Assembly: GCA_018650165.1 (NCBI GenBank)
Contig: JABIGM010000041.1
Span: forward strand, 1 to 64,000
From: Methanobacteriota archaeon
Lineage (GTDB): Archaea > Thermoplasmatota > Poseidoniia > Poseidoniales > Poseidoniaceae
DNA length: 64,000 nt
Direction: 5' to 3'
The position numbers and the translations under genes were made by a program. The notes beneath the pieces were generated by a model. That model saw only the letters and a program-made list of their open reading frames with translations, had not been told where the DNA came from and made no database searches. Below, one piece after another: positions 18,296 to 32,962 of this stretch. Within the stretch, counting starts at the first letter, position 1; each line of letters begins with the position of its first letter.

Positions 18296-19654
18296 TTATT
18301 CTGGCGGCTTAACAGCCCACCAAATAAGCAGTTCACTTTCATTTTTTGGAACAGGACAATCCGCATGCCCACTCGAAATTAGATGTAATCGATTCAAAAT
18401 ACTCTTTACAGCATTACGAATCTGTAGTGGGGCGTTTTTATCTGATTCAGCTAGAAGGATTTCTTTTAGTGCATCCTCCCAAAGTGATTCAGGGTTAGAT
18501 CTTCGCCAACTCGTTAAAGCAGTCCTTAGTGGCCACATAGCAAGGCATAATCGTCCATAGCCAAGTCGACTATTCCGTAGTTTGAACATTTGTGCTTCAG
18601 CGAATGGAACATGGCTTTGCTGGCGATGTATCCAACGCTCTTGTTCCAGCCATTTTACTAGCCTCTGAGTATGTCGTTTAGTTACAGAACGGACCGGTCC
18701 TAATTGCCCATGCAGACTCGGTACATCAGTGGTATCGGTTAGAGAAAGTGTTCCTAAAATTGCCCATGATGAATGTGCGATTGGTCTAGCCGGGACATCA
18801 CAGTTACGTGCCCGCTTCTCATCCCATTCATCTTCAGCGAAACTCATCCATTCTGCAGGGGACTTTCCATCGAGCCAATCTTCTAGCAACGAAATGTGCT
18901 GGGATGGCGCACCAGGCAATCTTTGTTGAGTCTGGACACCAGTTGTAAGGCGCTTTAGTAAGTGCCTATCGACTTCATCTCTGTTTACATTTAGTGGTTC
19001 ATTTCGACTATTGAAAAATGAACTAAGTATTTGCGAAAGTTGTTTTTCTAATTCATCTAGTCCACTTTCGTTTAGAACCGGTCCAATTACTGTTGAACGA
19101 CTAAAGGGAGCCGGAGTCTCGATTTCTCCAGATAAAATTCCTTTGAAGCCAGCTCGTATTTTGGTTTGGATTTCAGTAGTTTCAAAGTATTCATGCTTCT
19201 GGCCGGCCATTCTCAGTGTACCAGAGTTAATCCGTTTCATTGCTTTAGATGGGTCGCAATCAATCCATATCACCAGATCGGGAATCATTGCCGCCGAATT
19301 CATTTTTGCTACTTGTTCTAGCCCAAGTTTTCCAACAACTCCTTGGTAGACAAGACTTGAATGGATATTACGGTCGGATATTACCAAATCGCCTTTCAAT
19401 AGTCTAGGTCGGATCCAAGTATGTGAATGGTCAACCCGGTCTGCAGCGAATAATCCTGCCTCTTCCAAGGGTGTTCGGTCTCCTTTACTAACCGCCTTTA
19501 ATGCAAGTTTACCCAATTCACTATGCCGTCTTGGTTCATGTGTCACATGTACAGTTGGAAAAGCAAACCTCTTGGCCAGTGACGCCAATATCCGAACGGC
19601 CTCTCCTTTTCCGGAGCCATCGCCGCCCTCGACGGTTATGAGGTACATTGTCAA
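18296..19654 (-). CDS. tmk: Thymidylate kinase fused to a ~230-aa C-terminal region containing a putative winged helix
   Basis: ITVEGGDGSGK P-loop, THEP, LFAADR, VISDRNIHSSLVYQG and PDLVIWID in the first ~215 aa; no stop before aa 452. Confidence 0.88.
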   Translation of the reverse strand: MTMYLITVEGGDGSGKGEAVRILASLAKRFAFPTVHVTHEPRRHSELGKLALKAVSKGDRTPLEEAGLFAADRVDHSHTWIRPRLLKGDLVISDRNIHSSLVYQGVVGKLGLEQVAKMNSAAMIPDLVIWIDCDPSKAMKRINSGTLRMAGQKHEYFETTEIQTKIRAGFKGILSGEIETPAPFSRSTVIGPVLNESGLDELEKQLSQILSSFFNSRNEPLNVNRDEVDRHLLKRLTTGVQTQQRLPGAPSQHISLLEDWLDGKSPAEWMSFAEDEWDEKRARNCDVPARPIAHSSWAILGTLSLTDTTDVPSLHGQLGPVRSVTKRHTQRLVKWLEQERWIHRQQSHVPFAEAQMFKLRNSRLGYGRLCLAMWPLRTALTSWRRSNPESLWEDALKEILLAESDKNAPLQIRNAVKSILNRLHLISSGHADCPVPKNESELLIWWAVKPPE

Positions 19655-20478
19655 AAGACCTCCATCTCTTGTTGGTCTTCAAAATCTTGTTTATTCAACA
19701 TCAATAAAATCATGCTGAGAAGAATTAATGCCGGTCCAAAAATAATTAATCCACGGCTAAATAATCCGACCCAACAGAATGCTTGAGTCCTGCGATAACG
19801 CTTCTTGCGTTTGATTTCAAATGATGCATGTACCCCGACTAATGAACAACCAATCGTGAACAGGCCTTCGACAGTAGCGAGAATTACCGCGTTTTCCATG
19901 GACCAACCTTCAGTTTCAGACCTTTCTTCCTTAATCCTCTCTCCATCACCTTTTAGCAATGTAATCGGAGATATCCCAATCGGTTCTGGTTTAAACTTCA
20001 AAATCACTGTTTCATATCCTTGTTTAGAAATATGTAATTCGTATTCTTTTACAGCAACTTCATTGATAGTATATCTTCCGTTTTCATCAGAAAAATTACT
20101 ATTTATCACAGAACTAGAGTCGATGTCAATCAATTCAATACTTGCTCCTTCGATAGGATCTCCTTCGGAATCCAAAACGCTTCCATATAGGGTTAAGGCC
20201 TCATTAGTTTTGAAAATAGATGAATCAAGTAAGCCCGATGGATTACCTTGTAAAATCAAAGTACCTGATAACATACCCATCAGTGCACCAATCATTACTA
20301 GTGCCGATGCTATTTTTCTTCGGCGATCTCCATCAGAGAGAGCCTCATCTTCAAATTCGAGATATCCTACGTCTTCTTGGCGAGGTACTTTGACTACAAT
20401 TTCTTCTTCAGCCTTCTTTTCTCGTCTTCGGGTAGCAATTCGTGATTTAACAATCCTGGATTGCACCCTTTGGCGCAA
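19651..20478 (-). CDS. Membrane protein with carboxypeptidase-regulatory-like (prealbumin-fold) domain
   Basis: LYGSVLDSEGDPIEGASIEL...SDENGRYTI...YELHISKQGYE, flanked by TM helices. Start uncertain. Confidence 0.75.
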   Translation of the reverse strand: MRQRVQSRIVKSRIATRRREKKAEEEIVVKVPRQEDVGYLEFEDEALSDGDRRRKIASALVMIGALMGMLSGTLILQGNPSGLLDSSIFKTNEALTLYGSVLDSEGDPIEGASIELIDIDSSSVINSNFSDENGRYTINEVAVKEYELHISKQGYETVILKFKPEPIGISPITLLKGDGERIKEERSETEGWSMENAVILATVEGLFTIGCSLVGVHASFEIKRKKRYRRTQAFCWVGLFSRGLIIFGPALILLSMILLMLNKQDFEDQQEMEVF

Positions 20479-20553
20479 TGCTGCGAGCCGACTGGCCTTA
20501 TCTTCACTAATATTTAGGCCCCCGCATAACTTATCGGAGGTCGTGCGCGGATT

Positions 20554-21750
20554 TCACCCCTCCCCTCGGTTATCCGCGAAAATTAGCCATGCTAAATTAC
20601 CCCACACCAGAATAATACATGCTAACAATAGTATCCCTACTATCAAATCAGAACTATCTTGACTATCACTTACTGCTTCACTTACTTCGAATATACAGCC
20701 GTTAACGTCATCGCCCCAAATTGTCGGACAATCATCAAGATCATCGGCTAGTCCATCTCCATCTAAGTCATTGTTTTCGAATGACCTGATGCCTAGCCAT
20801 GAGCCAGTGAGTAATCCTGACTCAATAATATAGCCGACTTTTTGCAGTGACTCTGCACTTACTTTGTCTGCTGTATCATTATGCGTATGATGATGGCCTC
20901 CCAAAAACGAGGCATTTTCTCCATATCTCGTATCGATAATGTCTATTGCGGGTATACCACGGTTGTAAGCGGGAACATGGTCGTCGAAGATATAATCGAA
21001 ACCGTTCGGGTCAAAATATGATGAATCACCCAAATCACACTGCTCGTCCAAGAATCTGATTTTACTTTCTGTACGATTCCACAAAGTATCATTGGCAGGA
21101 AGAACCTTTCTCAAAGTTAAATCTGAGTCTCCAACCATATCCACTAGAATAAACGATTCAATTCTATCAGCTTCTGTGTCAGTAATGTTGTCAGCCCATG
21201 ACTTGGCACCTAGTGCCCAACTTGCTACTATGGAATCATTACCTTGATCTTCTCCATCAGTGAAGAATAAAGTAACTTCATGTGTCAAATTCATTGCAGG
21301 TATGTGTCTGGCTAATTCAATTAGAACAGCAACTCCACTGGCACCATCATTAGCCCCATCAATCGGTTCATCATGACGACTCTCATTCCAATCTTTGTCA
21401 CCTACCGCTCTTGAATCATAGTGGGCAGCAAGCATTACTGTAGAGCCGGCTCCTTTATTCCAAGTTGCGAATAAATTAGTCAGCACCATTCCATCAACAT
21501 GGTGAGTTGATTCAGAAATATCCCAGCCTGTCAAATTGGCTTTAATCGATTCACGTAAAGCCGAACTTGCCGTGGAGCCTGGAACTCTTGGACCCAATGA
21601 TGTCTGGAATTGGACAGATTCATTCGCGAGGTCACCATCGAATGAAAGTTGGCAACCGAGAGGTACTTGGACGTTTTCTTGACCACCTATTATTGTTAAT
21701 GCAGGAGATACGACAAGGAGAGCCAAAATAGCGGCAATTCCGATTCGCAT
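20554..21750 (-). CDS. Secreted M28 family peptidase (glutaminyl-cyclase-like), membrane anchored
   Basis: AAHYDSR, GANDGASGVAVLIE, DGEDQG, LVDMVGD and DDHVP motifs; TSP3-like DLDGDGLADDLDDCP; C-terminal TM. Confidence 0.88.
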   Translation of the reverse strand: MRIGIAAILALLVVSPALTIIGGQENVQVPLGCQLSFDGDLANESVQFQTSLGPRVPGSTASSALRESIKANLTGWDISESTHHVDGMVLTNLFATWNKGAGSTVMLAAHYDSRAVGDKDWNESRHDEPIDGANDGASGVAVLIELARHIPAMNLTHEVTLFFTDGEDQGNDSIVASWALGAKSWADNITDTEADRIESFILVDMVGDSDLTLRKVLPANDTLWNRTESKIRFLDEQCDLGDSSYFDPNGFDYIFDDHVPAYNRGIPAIDIIDTRYGENASFLGGHHHTHNDTADKVSAESLQKVGYIIESGLLTGSWLGIRSFENNDLDGDGLADDLDDCPTIWGDDVNGCIFEVSEAVSDSQDSSDLIVGILLLACIILVWGNLAWLIFADNRGEG

Positions 21751-21839
21751 TGATGATGCCAGTTTCGCCGACTATTAAATACCTCATTTGAACTCGGTTA
21801 TTTGTAATGCAGTGATGCGTTTCTATGGAGGTGTGATAA

Positions 21840-24800
21840 ATGTCCGAACGATGCTCTACTCGCGCATACACGATTCTGCTTGTTTTCCTCCTTGCATCTA
21901 TGGCTCCAATGGTGTCTGCTGACGCCCCACAGGAGCCTGTTGAAGAGACTTTTGAATTTACTCCAGTGTTCGCAGATCTGGGCGACTTTGTACCTTCTAA
22001 TGCTCATCCCTATATGATTCCAGATAGCAATGATACTCTGTTCAGCGCAACACGATTAATGAAACAATCATGGGTCGATGAAGGAATGCCTGGAGTTGAT
22101 ATTGCGACTTCCCCTCAATCCAAAACAACCGGCAGAGCATGTACTCCTTACAATGAAGGGGATTCTGCAACAGTTCCAACCTCGGGTGGCTCAATTGCTG
22201 TAACCGTCGAAAAAACGACATCGACAGCTGCCTTCATGGTGCAGGATGGTAGAACACTCTCATCTACAGTCTTGAATAATTGGGCTAGCACTTGGGATTC
22301 AACAGTCTATCCAACATTAATGACTTACTTTGGAAAGGATTACTTCGATGGAAGAGGTATTGCTGCACCAGATGTTGATAACAACTGCCAAATTGAAATT
22401 GTGATTTATGCAATCGATGGAGCATACAATATTGGTGGATACTTTTCACCAGGTATGTCTGCTTCCCGTGAAGCGATTTTCATCGATATTGATGATGCGC
22501 CTTTGACATGGTCCAAGGTGATTCTAGCACATGAGTTGCAACATCTAATGCACAATGCACTCGACCCATACGAGAATTTGTGGATAGATGAAGGAGCAGC
22601 GGATATGGCAGCCTTCCTTTGTTTTGGAGGGTCCTCTACCCTTTACGGTCACGTTAATGCTTGGACTACTGCGAGCCACCATTCTGTTAGATGGTGGAAT
22701 CAGAGAATTGCAGATTATGGTGGCGGATTCATCTTCCTACTGTATCTTGCAGACCATCTTGGTGGAGGTCCCGCTATTCGTAAACTTGCTCAAGACTCCT
22801 CTACAGGCGCAGCAGGGATCGAGGATTTGGCAAGAAATCCAGTAGGAGTTACACCAGGGACAATTGGACGAGATTTCATTGATATTTACACTAATTTTAC
22901 CATTGCATCGACTTTGGATAGTGATCAAGGAATTTATGGAATGTCGAATCTATACATGACTCCGTCATGCGGTTCTAGCGATTTTTGTAGAATCCAACCA
23001 GCTGATTCCAATAGCGACTGGGTTGGTCCATGGTCATCCACTGGAAATACAGTAGAAGGTTGGGGTGTACAGGTATTCAAATTCACACCGGGTTCTGCTG
23101 CACCAGCTCCGCTAACTATGCGCTTTACTGGCGATGTTCCAGGAATGGATGGAGTAATCATGAGCAGGGCAACAACAGATGGAATCTACTCTCGTTCTGA
23201 TATCAATTTCAATGGCGCTGTTGGCACCGCATTGGTACCAGGTTTTGGAAATATTACAGATGAAATATGGGCTATCACTTGGTTTGCATCAAACCAAGGT
23301 GATTGCGATTACACATCTTGTGGCAGTTCATATCCTCAGGGAGTAATTGATGTTGAGGCAGCTCGGATTACCTCACCTGCTACTCTAAGCCTTAATTCAA
23401 CAGTACTGGCAGACCGAGATGGAGACTCAAATATCGATACTGCAGAAATAGAATTCAATGTTCTTTCAAACGCATTCTTTGAGGATTTAGATGTAGAGAT
23501 TGAAGTTCGAAATGCCTCTGGTATCGTATTGGATACTATGGAGACTAGGGTCCAAGCAGGTGGCGGAGTTGATGTATCTACGAAATTCTGGTATACAGCG
23601 AAAACGAGTGAAGTTCATACCTTCCATTTACAAATGAAAGACATGCTTGGAGACGCGGTTGATAATACCCAAACAGGTGCACAATTTTTGGATAACATGC
23701 GTCCTGTTTCTAATGCAAGTCTAGCCCCTGCCGAAGTCCAAACCTGGGACAATGTCTTATTCGTTGGAAATGGATTTGATGCATGGGGCCTCTCTATGGC
23801 CAACAATACACTTCCATATCTTGACGACCCCGTGGCTTATGCATGGGATTTTGACGATGGCAATACTTCTTCTTTGAAGAGCCCAGTAAGGCCATATCTG
23901 GAAGTAGGGCAGTACAATGCTTCACTGAGGATATTAGATCAGGGTGGCACATGGTCTCAATCCGATGTCAAATCATTAAATGTAACAGATACCACCGCTC
24001 CTAATCCAATCATTTCGGTTAATGGGCAAATAATTGAAAGTAATTTATCAATCCTCACCGGTCAGGTAATTCAGTTTAGTGCAGACCGATCAACTGACAA
24101 TGTGCCAGTTAGTCACCTACAATTCACTTGGGATTGGGGAGATGGTGCTCTAGAAGGCGGTAAAGGAGTTTCACGAGCTTACCACCAATGGGATGATGGT
24201 GTCACAGCAGTAACGGTTTACAACCTGACTTTGTCTATTGACGATGGTGTAAATTCTGCTTCAAAGATAATTGAAATAATCGTTAACAACCGTGTACCAG
24301 GGCAGATTTTTAATGATGTAATAATTACTGATACCTTTACAGCAACAAGATTACCTGATTTGTTTGAGGACATAGATGGTCAAATTGTAGGTTGGGAGTG
24401 GGGATTCGATGAAGGAGTAAATATCGACGGAGGAATCGTCGATAGGACGGATATATTCACAGAAATGATGGCTAGTGAGCAAAACCCGATGGTTGCGTGG
24501 TCATCACCCGGTGTGAAATATGTAAATTTAACAGTCACTGATAACGATGGAGCGACAGCTTCCGCCCAAGTCATGGTTCAAGTTCTCAATCAACTTCCGG
24601 TTGCTCAATTTACTGTGCGTGATTCTGGTTCCGCAGGTAGTCCAATAATTGATTTCCGAATAGATGATGGTCAGGTTGATGTCCCTTACACATTTGATGG
24701 TAGAGAGAGTTATGATCCGGATGGCACAGTAGGCAATTCACAAGATCTAATATTTTCTTGGACCTTCTCTGATGGAACTGTTTCAGAAGAGTCTCTAGTC

Positions 24801-26021
24801 ACACATAATTTCTCAACTCCTGGCGAGCATAGTGTGATTCTTGTTGTAACAGATGAAGATGGAATGCCTAGCGAGGCTAGAGTACTGTCTATCAGAATTC
24901 AGAATCCAAAACCGATTATTTCGGTTAGAATTTTAGATGCTTGGTATGAAGATGCTTTGATTACATCTTCAACACCAATGGCTGAAGGTGAACAGCCAAA
25001 TACCTATTCACATACTTTTGATGATGATGGCAACGTTGTTACTACTCCTCACCAGATGTTGTTCTTTGATTCTGCAGGAACTAGAGATGGTGACAGAAGT
25101 TATGAAGGACGATTCGTACCACTAGAATCCAATCATTCTGACTGGAATGGAATTGTTCAATATTCTTGGGACTTCGGAGATGCTACTCCAATCTCACACG
25201 ACCCTATGCCGTGGCATTATTATGAGCGTTCAGGTACCTACAAAGTATCACTTACCGTTAGGGATTCATACCTTACAGGTGATGTAACTAGAGCATCATT
25301 TACAATTGTCGTGAACCAGTTGCCAGTGATAGAAGAATTCTATATCGGTGATACAATTTATGCTGGTGATTCAGTAGTATTAGATGCAAACATTTCAGAT
25401 GCTGAAGAGTTATCAGAATACGTTGTGTGGCGTGATTTAGATGTCAATGATGGCCTTTTCACGGATAGGGATGAGAGAATTTCTTCTAACATTGTTGTCC
25501 TTTGGGAATATGATATCGATTTTGATGCTGATGGTAATGGAGACCCTGCTGATGACTGGGTTATTCCTTCTGGCGCAGATGGGATCAGAGTCGCAGGTAG
25601 TTGGGATGAAGTTGGAATTAGTACATTGAGAGTATCTGTTTGTGATGGAATGGGCGTCTGTGTGCAAAAAGACATGGAGATCATAATCTCGCCCGAAAAG
25701 TCTGAAGATCCAAGTCTTTCTGACTTTTCAATACAGGATTGGAAAGATTGGTTTGTTGATGCTAGTGGCGAATCGGCAGTCATTCTTGGATTAATCATTG
25801 CAGTTTTGATTCTCGGATGGGCAGTAATGAGGAGCCCGACGGAAATTGAAGAAGATGCTGAGCAAGCTGCGGCAACTTACGAAGTTGAAGAAGTACAATC
25901 TTACGGCGGGGTTCTCGGTATGGACCAACACACACCTCCTCCTGCTCCAGGAATTCTATCCAAAGATGAGCGTCGAAGCGATTCATCAGGGTACATCCGG
26001 CCTCTTAGACGAAGAAGGTGA
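21840..26021 (+). CDS. Large surface metallopeptidase (HExxH, M30/MA-like) with multiple PKD domains and C-terminal TM anchor
   Basis: Signal peptide; ILAHELQHLMH...WIDEGAA; PKD motifs YAWDFDDG, FTWDWGDG, WEWGFDEG, FSWTFSDG, YSWDFGDA; TM segment near the C-terminus. Confidence 0.88.
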   Translation: MSERCSTRAYTILLVFLLASMAPMVSADAPQEPVEETFEFTPVFADLGDFVPSNAHPYMIPDSNDTLFSATRLMKQSWVDEGMPGVDIATSPQSKTTGRACTPYNEGDSATVPTSGGSIAVTVEKTTSTAAFMVQDGRTLSSTVLNNWASTWDSTVYPTLMTYFGKDYFDGRGIAAPDVDNNCQIEIVIYAIDGAYNIGGYFSPGMSASREAIFIDIDDAPLTWSKVILAHELQHLMHNALDPYENLWIDEGAADMAAFLCFGGSSTLYGHVNAWTTASHHSVRWWNQRIADYGGGFIFLLYLADHLGGGPAIRKLAQDSSTGAAGIEDLARNPVGVTPGTIGRDFIDIYTNFTIASTLDSDQGIYGMSNLYMTPSCGSSDFCRIQPADSNSDWVGPWSSTGNTVEGWGVQVFKFTPGSAAPAPLTMRFTGDVPGMDGVIMSRATTDGIYSRSDINFNGAVGTALVPGFGNITDEIWAITWFASNQGDCDYTSCGSSYPQGVIDVEAARITSPATLSLNSTVLADRDGDSNIDTAEIEFNVLSNAFFEDLDVEIEVRNASGIVLDTMETRVQAGGGVDVSTKFWYTAKTSEVHTFHLQMKDMLGDAVDNTQTGAQFLDNMRPVSNASLAPAEVQTWDNVLFVGNGFDAWGLSMANNTLPYLDDPVAYAWDFDDGNTSSLKSPVRPYLEVGQYNASLRILDQGGTWSQSDVKSLNVTDTTAPNPIISVNGQIIESNLSILTGQVIQFSADRSTDNVPVSHLQFTWDWGDGALEGGKGVSRAYHQWDDGVTAVTVYNLTLSIDDGVNSASKIIEIIVNNRVPGQIFNDVIITDTFTATRLPDLFEDIDGQIVGWEWGFDEGVNIDGGIVDRTDIFTEMMASEQNPMVAWSSPGVKYVNLTVTDNDGATASAQVMVQVLNQLPVAQFTVRDSGSAGSPIIDFRIDDGQVDVPYTFDGRESYDPDGTVGNSQDLIFSWTFSDGTVSEESLVTHNFSTPGEHSVILVVTDEDGMPSEARVLSIRIQNPKPIISVRILDAWYEDALITSSTPMAEGEQPNTYSHTFDDDGNVVTTPHQMLFFDSAGTRDGDRSYEGRFVPLESNHSDWNGIVQYSWDFGDATPISHDPMPWHYYERSGTYKVSLTVRDSYLTGDVTRASFTIVVNQLPVIEEFYIGDTIYAGDSVVLDANISDAEELSEYVVWRDLDVNDGLFTDRDERISSNIVVLWEYDIDFDADGNGDPADDWVIPSGADGIRVAGSWDEVGISTLRVSVCDGMGVCVQKDMEIIISPEKSEDPSLSDFSIQDWKDWFVDASGESAVILGLIIAVLILGWAVMRSPTEIEEDAEQAAATYEVEEVQSYGGVLGMDQHTPPPAPGILSKDERRSDSSGYIRPLRRRR

Positions 26022-26052
26022 AGGGAAAACCGATTAACCTCCTCGATTGAAT

Positions 26053-26071
26053 CACCCCCCATAGGGGGGTG
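26053..26071 (+). promoter_or_regulatory. Perfect 8-bp hairpin overlapping the putative ribosome-binding site of the downstream gene
   Basis: CACCCCCC-ATA-GGGGGGTG; the 3' arm contains the SD-like GGGGTG ending 5 nt before TTG 26077. Confidence 0.45.
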
Positions 26072-26076
26072 TAAAC

Positions 26077-27072
26077 TTGGGTGCTAGGCTTGTCGTAATT
26101 GTTCTGATTTCAATGCTAATCCCGATGGTTATTCCCTCTGGGGTAACAGTGGTAGATTCGGTTACTGCTGCCTCACCTTGTGATGGAGGGGATTTTGTCC
26201 TTCCACAATTTAACACAACCGTAGAGCGTTTGGCAAAAATTCCAACTGTGTATGATTATTTCCCCGAAGATGACAGAGACGGCGGAGGTGGGGGTGGCGA
26301 GCAAGACGGAGATGACCAACCTGGACAAGAAGAATATGATGGGCCCGAGGAAACCTGGATGACCTGGTCGCCAGATAACGATCTTTCGTTATTACGAGAT
26401 GATTTCCAAACGATGATGCTCATCGGGGAAGATGCAGTAGGTACCTTGAGGGTAAATCTGGATTATCAACGCCGAACTACGGTCTGTGTGACAATTGAAA
26501 CTACAAATAATTCCTATGATCCAACAGCCGATGTATATCTGATGACCGATTCTCAATACGACCGATATACTGCAGCGTATGACCGGGCTCATGGCGCATG
26601 GGATTGGGGGGGCTTTGATTCAGATGAAGATGTAAGTGATGTTTCGCCTGAGTGGCGTAGTTTTGATATTCTAGGATGGAATACATTCCGCGATTCTCAT
26701 AAGTATGAAGATGTAAAAGATGTTTCATTTACGCTTTCTCTTGATGGACCAGAAGTGTCTAGTGGCTTATTTGGAGGCGAAGATGTTCAATATTTCAACA
26801 TCGTAATAGATAATACAAACAATTCTCATCGCCATGATGCATTGCCCGAGACTACTATTGCCGCTTATGTGTCTGTAGTTTCAGAAGAGCGTTCTACAAT
26901 TTTGCCGAATTGGACTGTTTCGGTTGTATGCTGTGGGCTAATGATGGCCACAATAGTAATTCCACTAATAACGAATAAACGCTACATGGCAGCAGGATTG
27001 AGTTTAGTTTCAGAAAATCAGCAAATGCAGCAAGGACTTGTGCCGTCCTTAGAGCAAAAAACTCTTGATTAA
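26077..27072 (+). CDS. Hypothetical secreted, C-terminally anchored protein
   Basis: Signal peptide, D/G-rich linker, beta-rich acidic domain, C-terminal TM segment. Confidence 0.7.
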   Translation: MGARLVVIVLISMLIPMVIPSGVTVVDSVTAASPCDGGDFVLPQFNTTVERLAKIPTVYDYFPEDDRDGGGGGGEQDGDDQPGQEEYDGPEETWMTWSPDNDLSLLRDDFQTMMLIGEDAVGTLRVNLDYQRRTTVCVTIETTNNSYDPTADVYLMTDSQYDRYTAAYDRAHGAWDWGGFDSDEDVSDVSPEWRSFDILGWNTFRDSHKYEDVKDVSFTLSLDGPEVSSGLFGGEDVQYFNIVIDNTNNSHRHDALPETTIAAYVSVVSEERSTILPNWTVSVVCCGLMMATIVIPLITNKRYMAAGLSLVSENQQMQQGLVPSLEQKTLD

Positions 27073-27867
27073 TCAGTACTCAAGCAAGGTCCAAGCGTCT
27101 CGTAGGTCACGAACGTTGACCAATCCCTTATCCGATATGCGGAACTCATTTCGCATTGTAGCATAAACAAGACTTTGATCAAGCATTGGGGCATGTAACC
27201 TAGGCCAGTCGCCTCCACTGTTAAGCGCCATTAGGCTGTGGCTGAGACCTTCACCGGTTAGTTCAGTTGCAGCTTCGATAATCTGTAATGCATCAGAGTG
27301 ATTGTTAGCAGTGCCACAAAATTTCACAATATTTCCGGAATCTTGGTTTTCTCGAACCAGGGCAACTATTGCTTCAGCATCAGGTACGCCGTTAATATCG
27401 TGCTTGGAAGCAATAATCTGGCATCCTTTCTTGGTAGCAGCGGATTGTAGTTTCTTTCTTTCAGTTCCCTTAATTGAAAGTTCTAGGTCAATCCAAGAGA
27501 CTTCGGAATCAATCGCCTTAGACAAAATGTCAATTCTCTCAGATTCGATTCCAGGGAAAAATCCACCTTCGGAAACAGGGCGTACAGTGAAAACAACAGG
27601 CAAGGGCAATGCTTCCTTCAGTGAAGCGATTGCAGCGCCTACATCCACCGAAGACATCTCAGAGGTTTCCCACTCGTTTTCTGGCGGCATAGCCACACTC
27701 TCGCCTTCTTCCTCTTCGGAAATGGTTGGGTCTGGGCGGATTAAGAATAATCTATCAAATCGAACTTCTACCATATCTGCACCTGCGAGATTAGCACGTG
27801 CAGCTTCATCGGTCATCTCTTCGACAGTTGTGCCATCAAGGACTACGCATACTTTCGGGTCAGCCAT
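27073..27867 (-). CDS. aroD: Type I 3-dehydroquinate dehydratase
   Basis: GADMVEVRFD, FTVRPVSEGG, WIDLEL, ASKHD (His), VKF (Schiff-base Lys), WPRL; contains an acidic insertion. Confidence 0.88.
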   Translation of the reverse strand: MADPKVCVVLDGTTVEEMTDEAARANLAGADMVEVRFDRLFLIRPDPTISEEEEGESVAMPPENEWETSEMSSVDVGAAIASLKEALPLPVVFTVRPVSEGGFFPGIESERIDILSKAIDSEVSWIDLELSIKGTERKKLQSAATKKGCQIIASKHDINGVPDAEAIVALVRENQDSGNIVKFCGTANNHSDALQIIEAATELTGEGLSHSLMALNSGGDWPRLHAPMLDQSLVYATMRNEFRISDKGLVNVRDLRDAWTLLEY

Positions 27868-32884
<5,017 letters not shown>

Positions 32885-32962
32885 GTAACCCATCCGACGG
32901 GTTCAAACGCTGACCGCTCATCTGCGTAAGTAGGGAGCGCTAACAATACTGGTGGTGAAACA

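Noticed and set aside
19805-20662. 285-aa plus-strand ORF (and similar shadows at 27302-27916, 44705-45217, 51445-52017 and 53740-54543)
   Set aside because: The 19805, 27302, 51445 and 53740 ORFs lie antisense to well-supported genes. 44705-45217 is in fact a minus-strand ORF antisense to pmbA. All are S/I/P-rich with no motifs, typical of antisense shadow frames.
32885-32962. tRNA-like GGTTCAAA and short stems between gyrA and the LeuA-family gene
   Set aside because: No cloverleaf, acceptor stem or D-arm can be built; more likely promoter/leader sequence.
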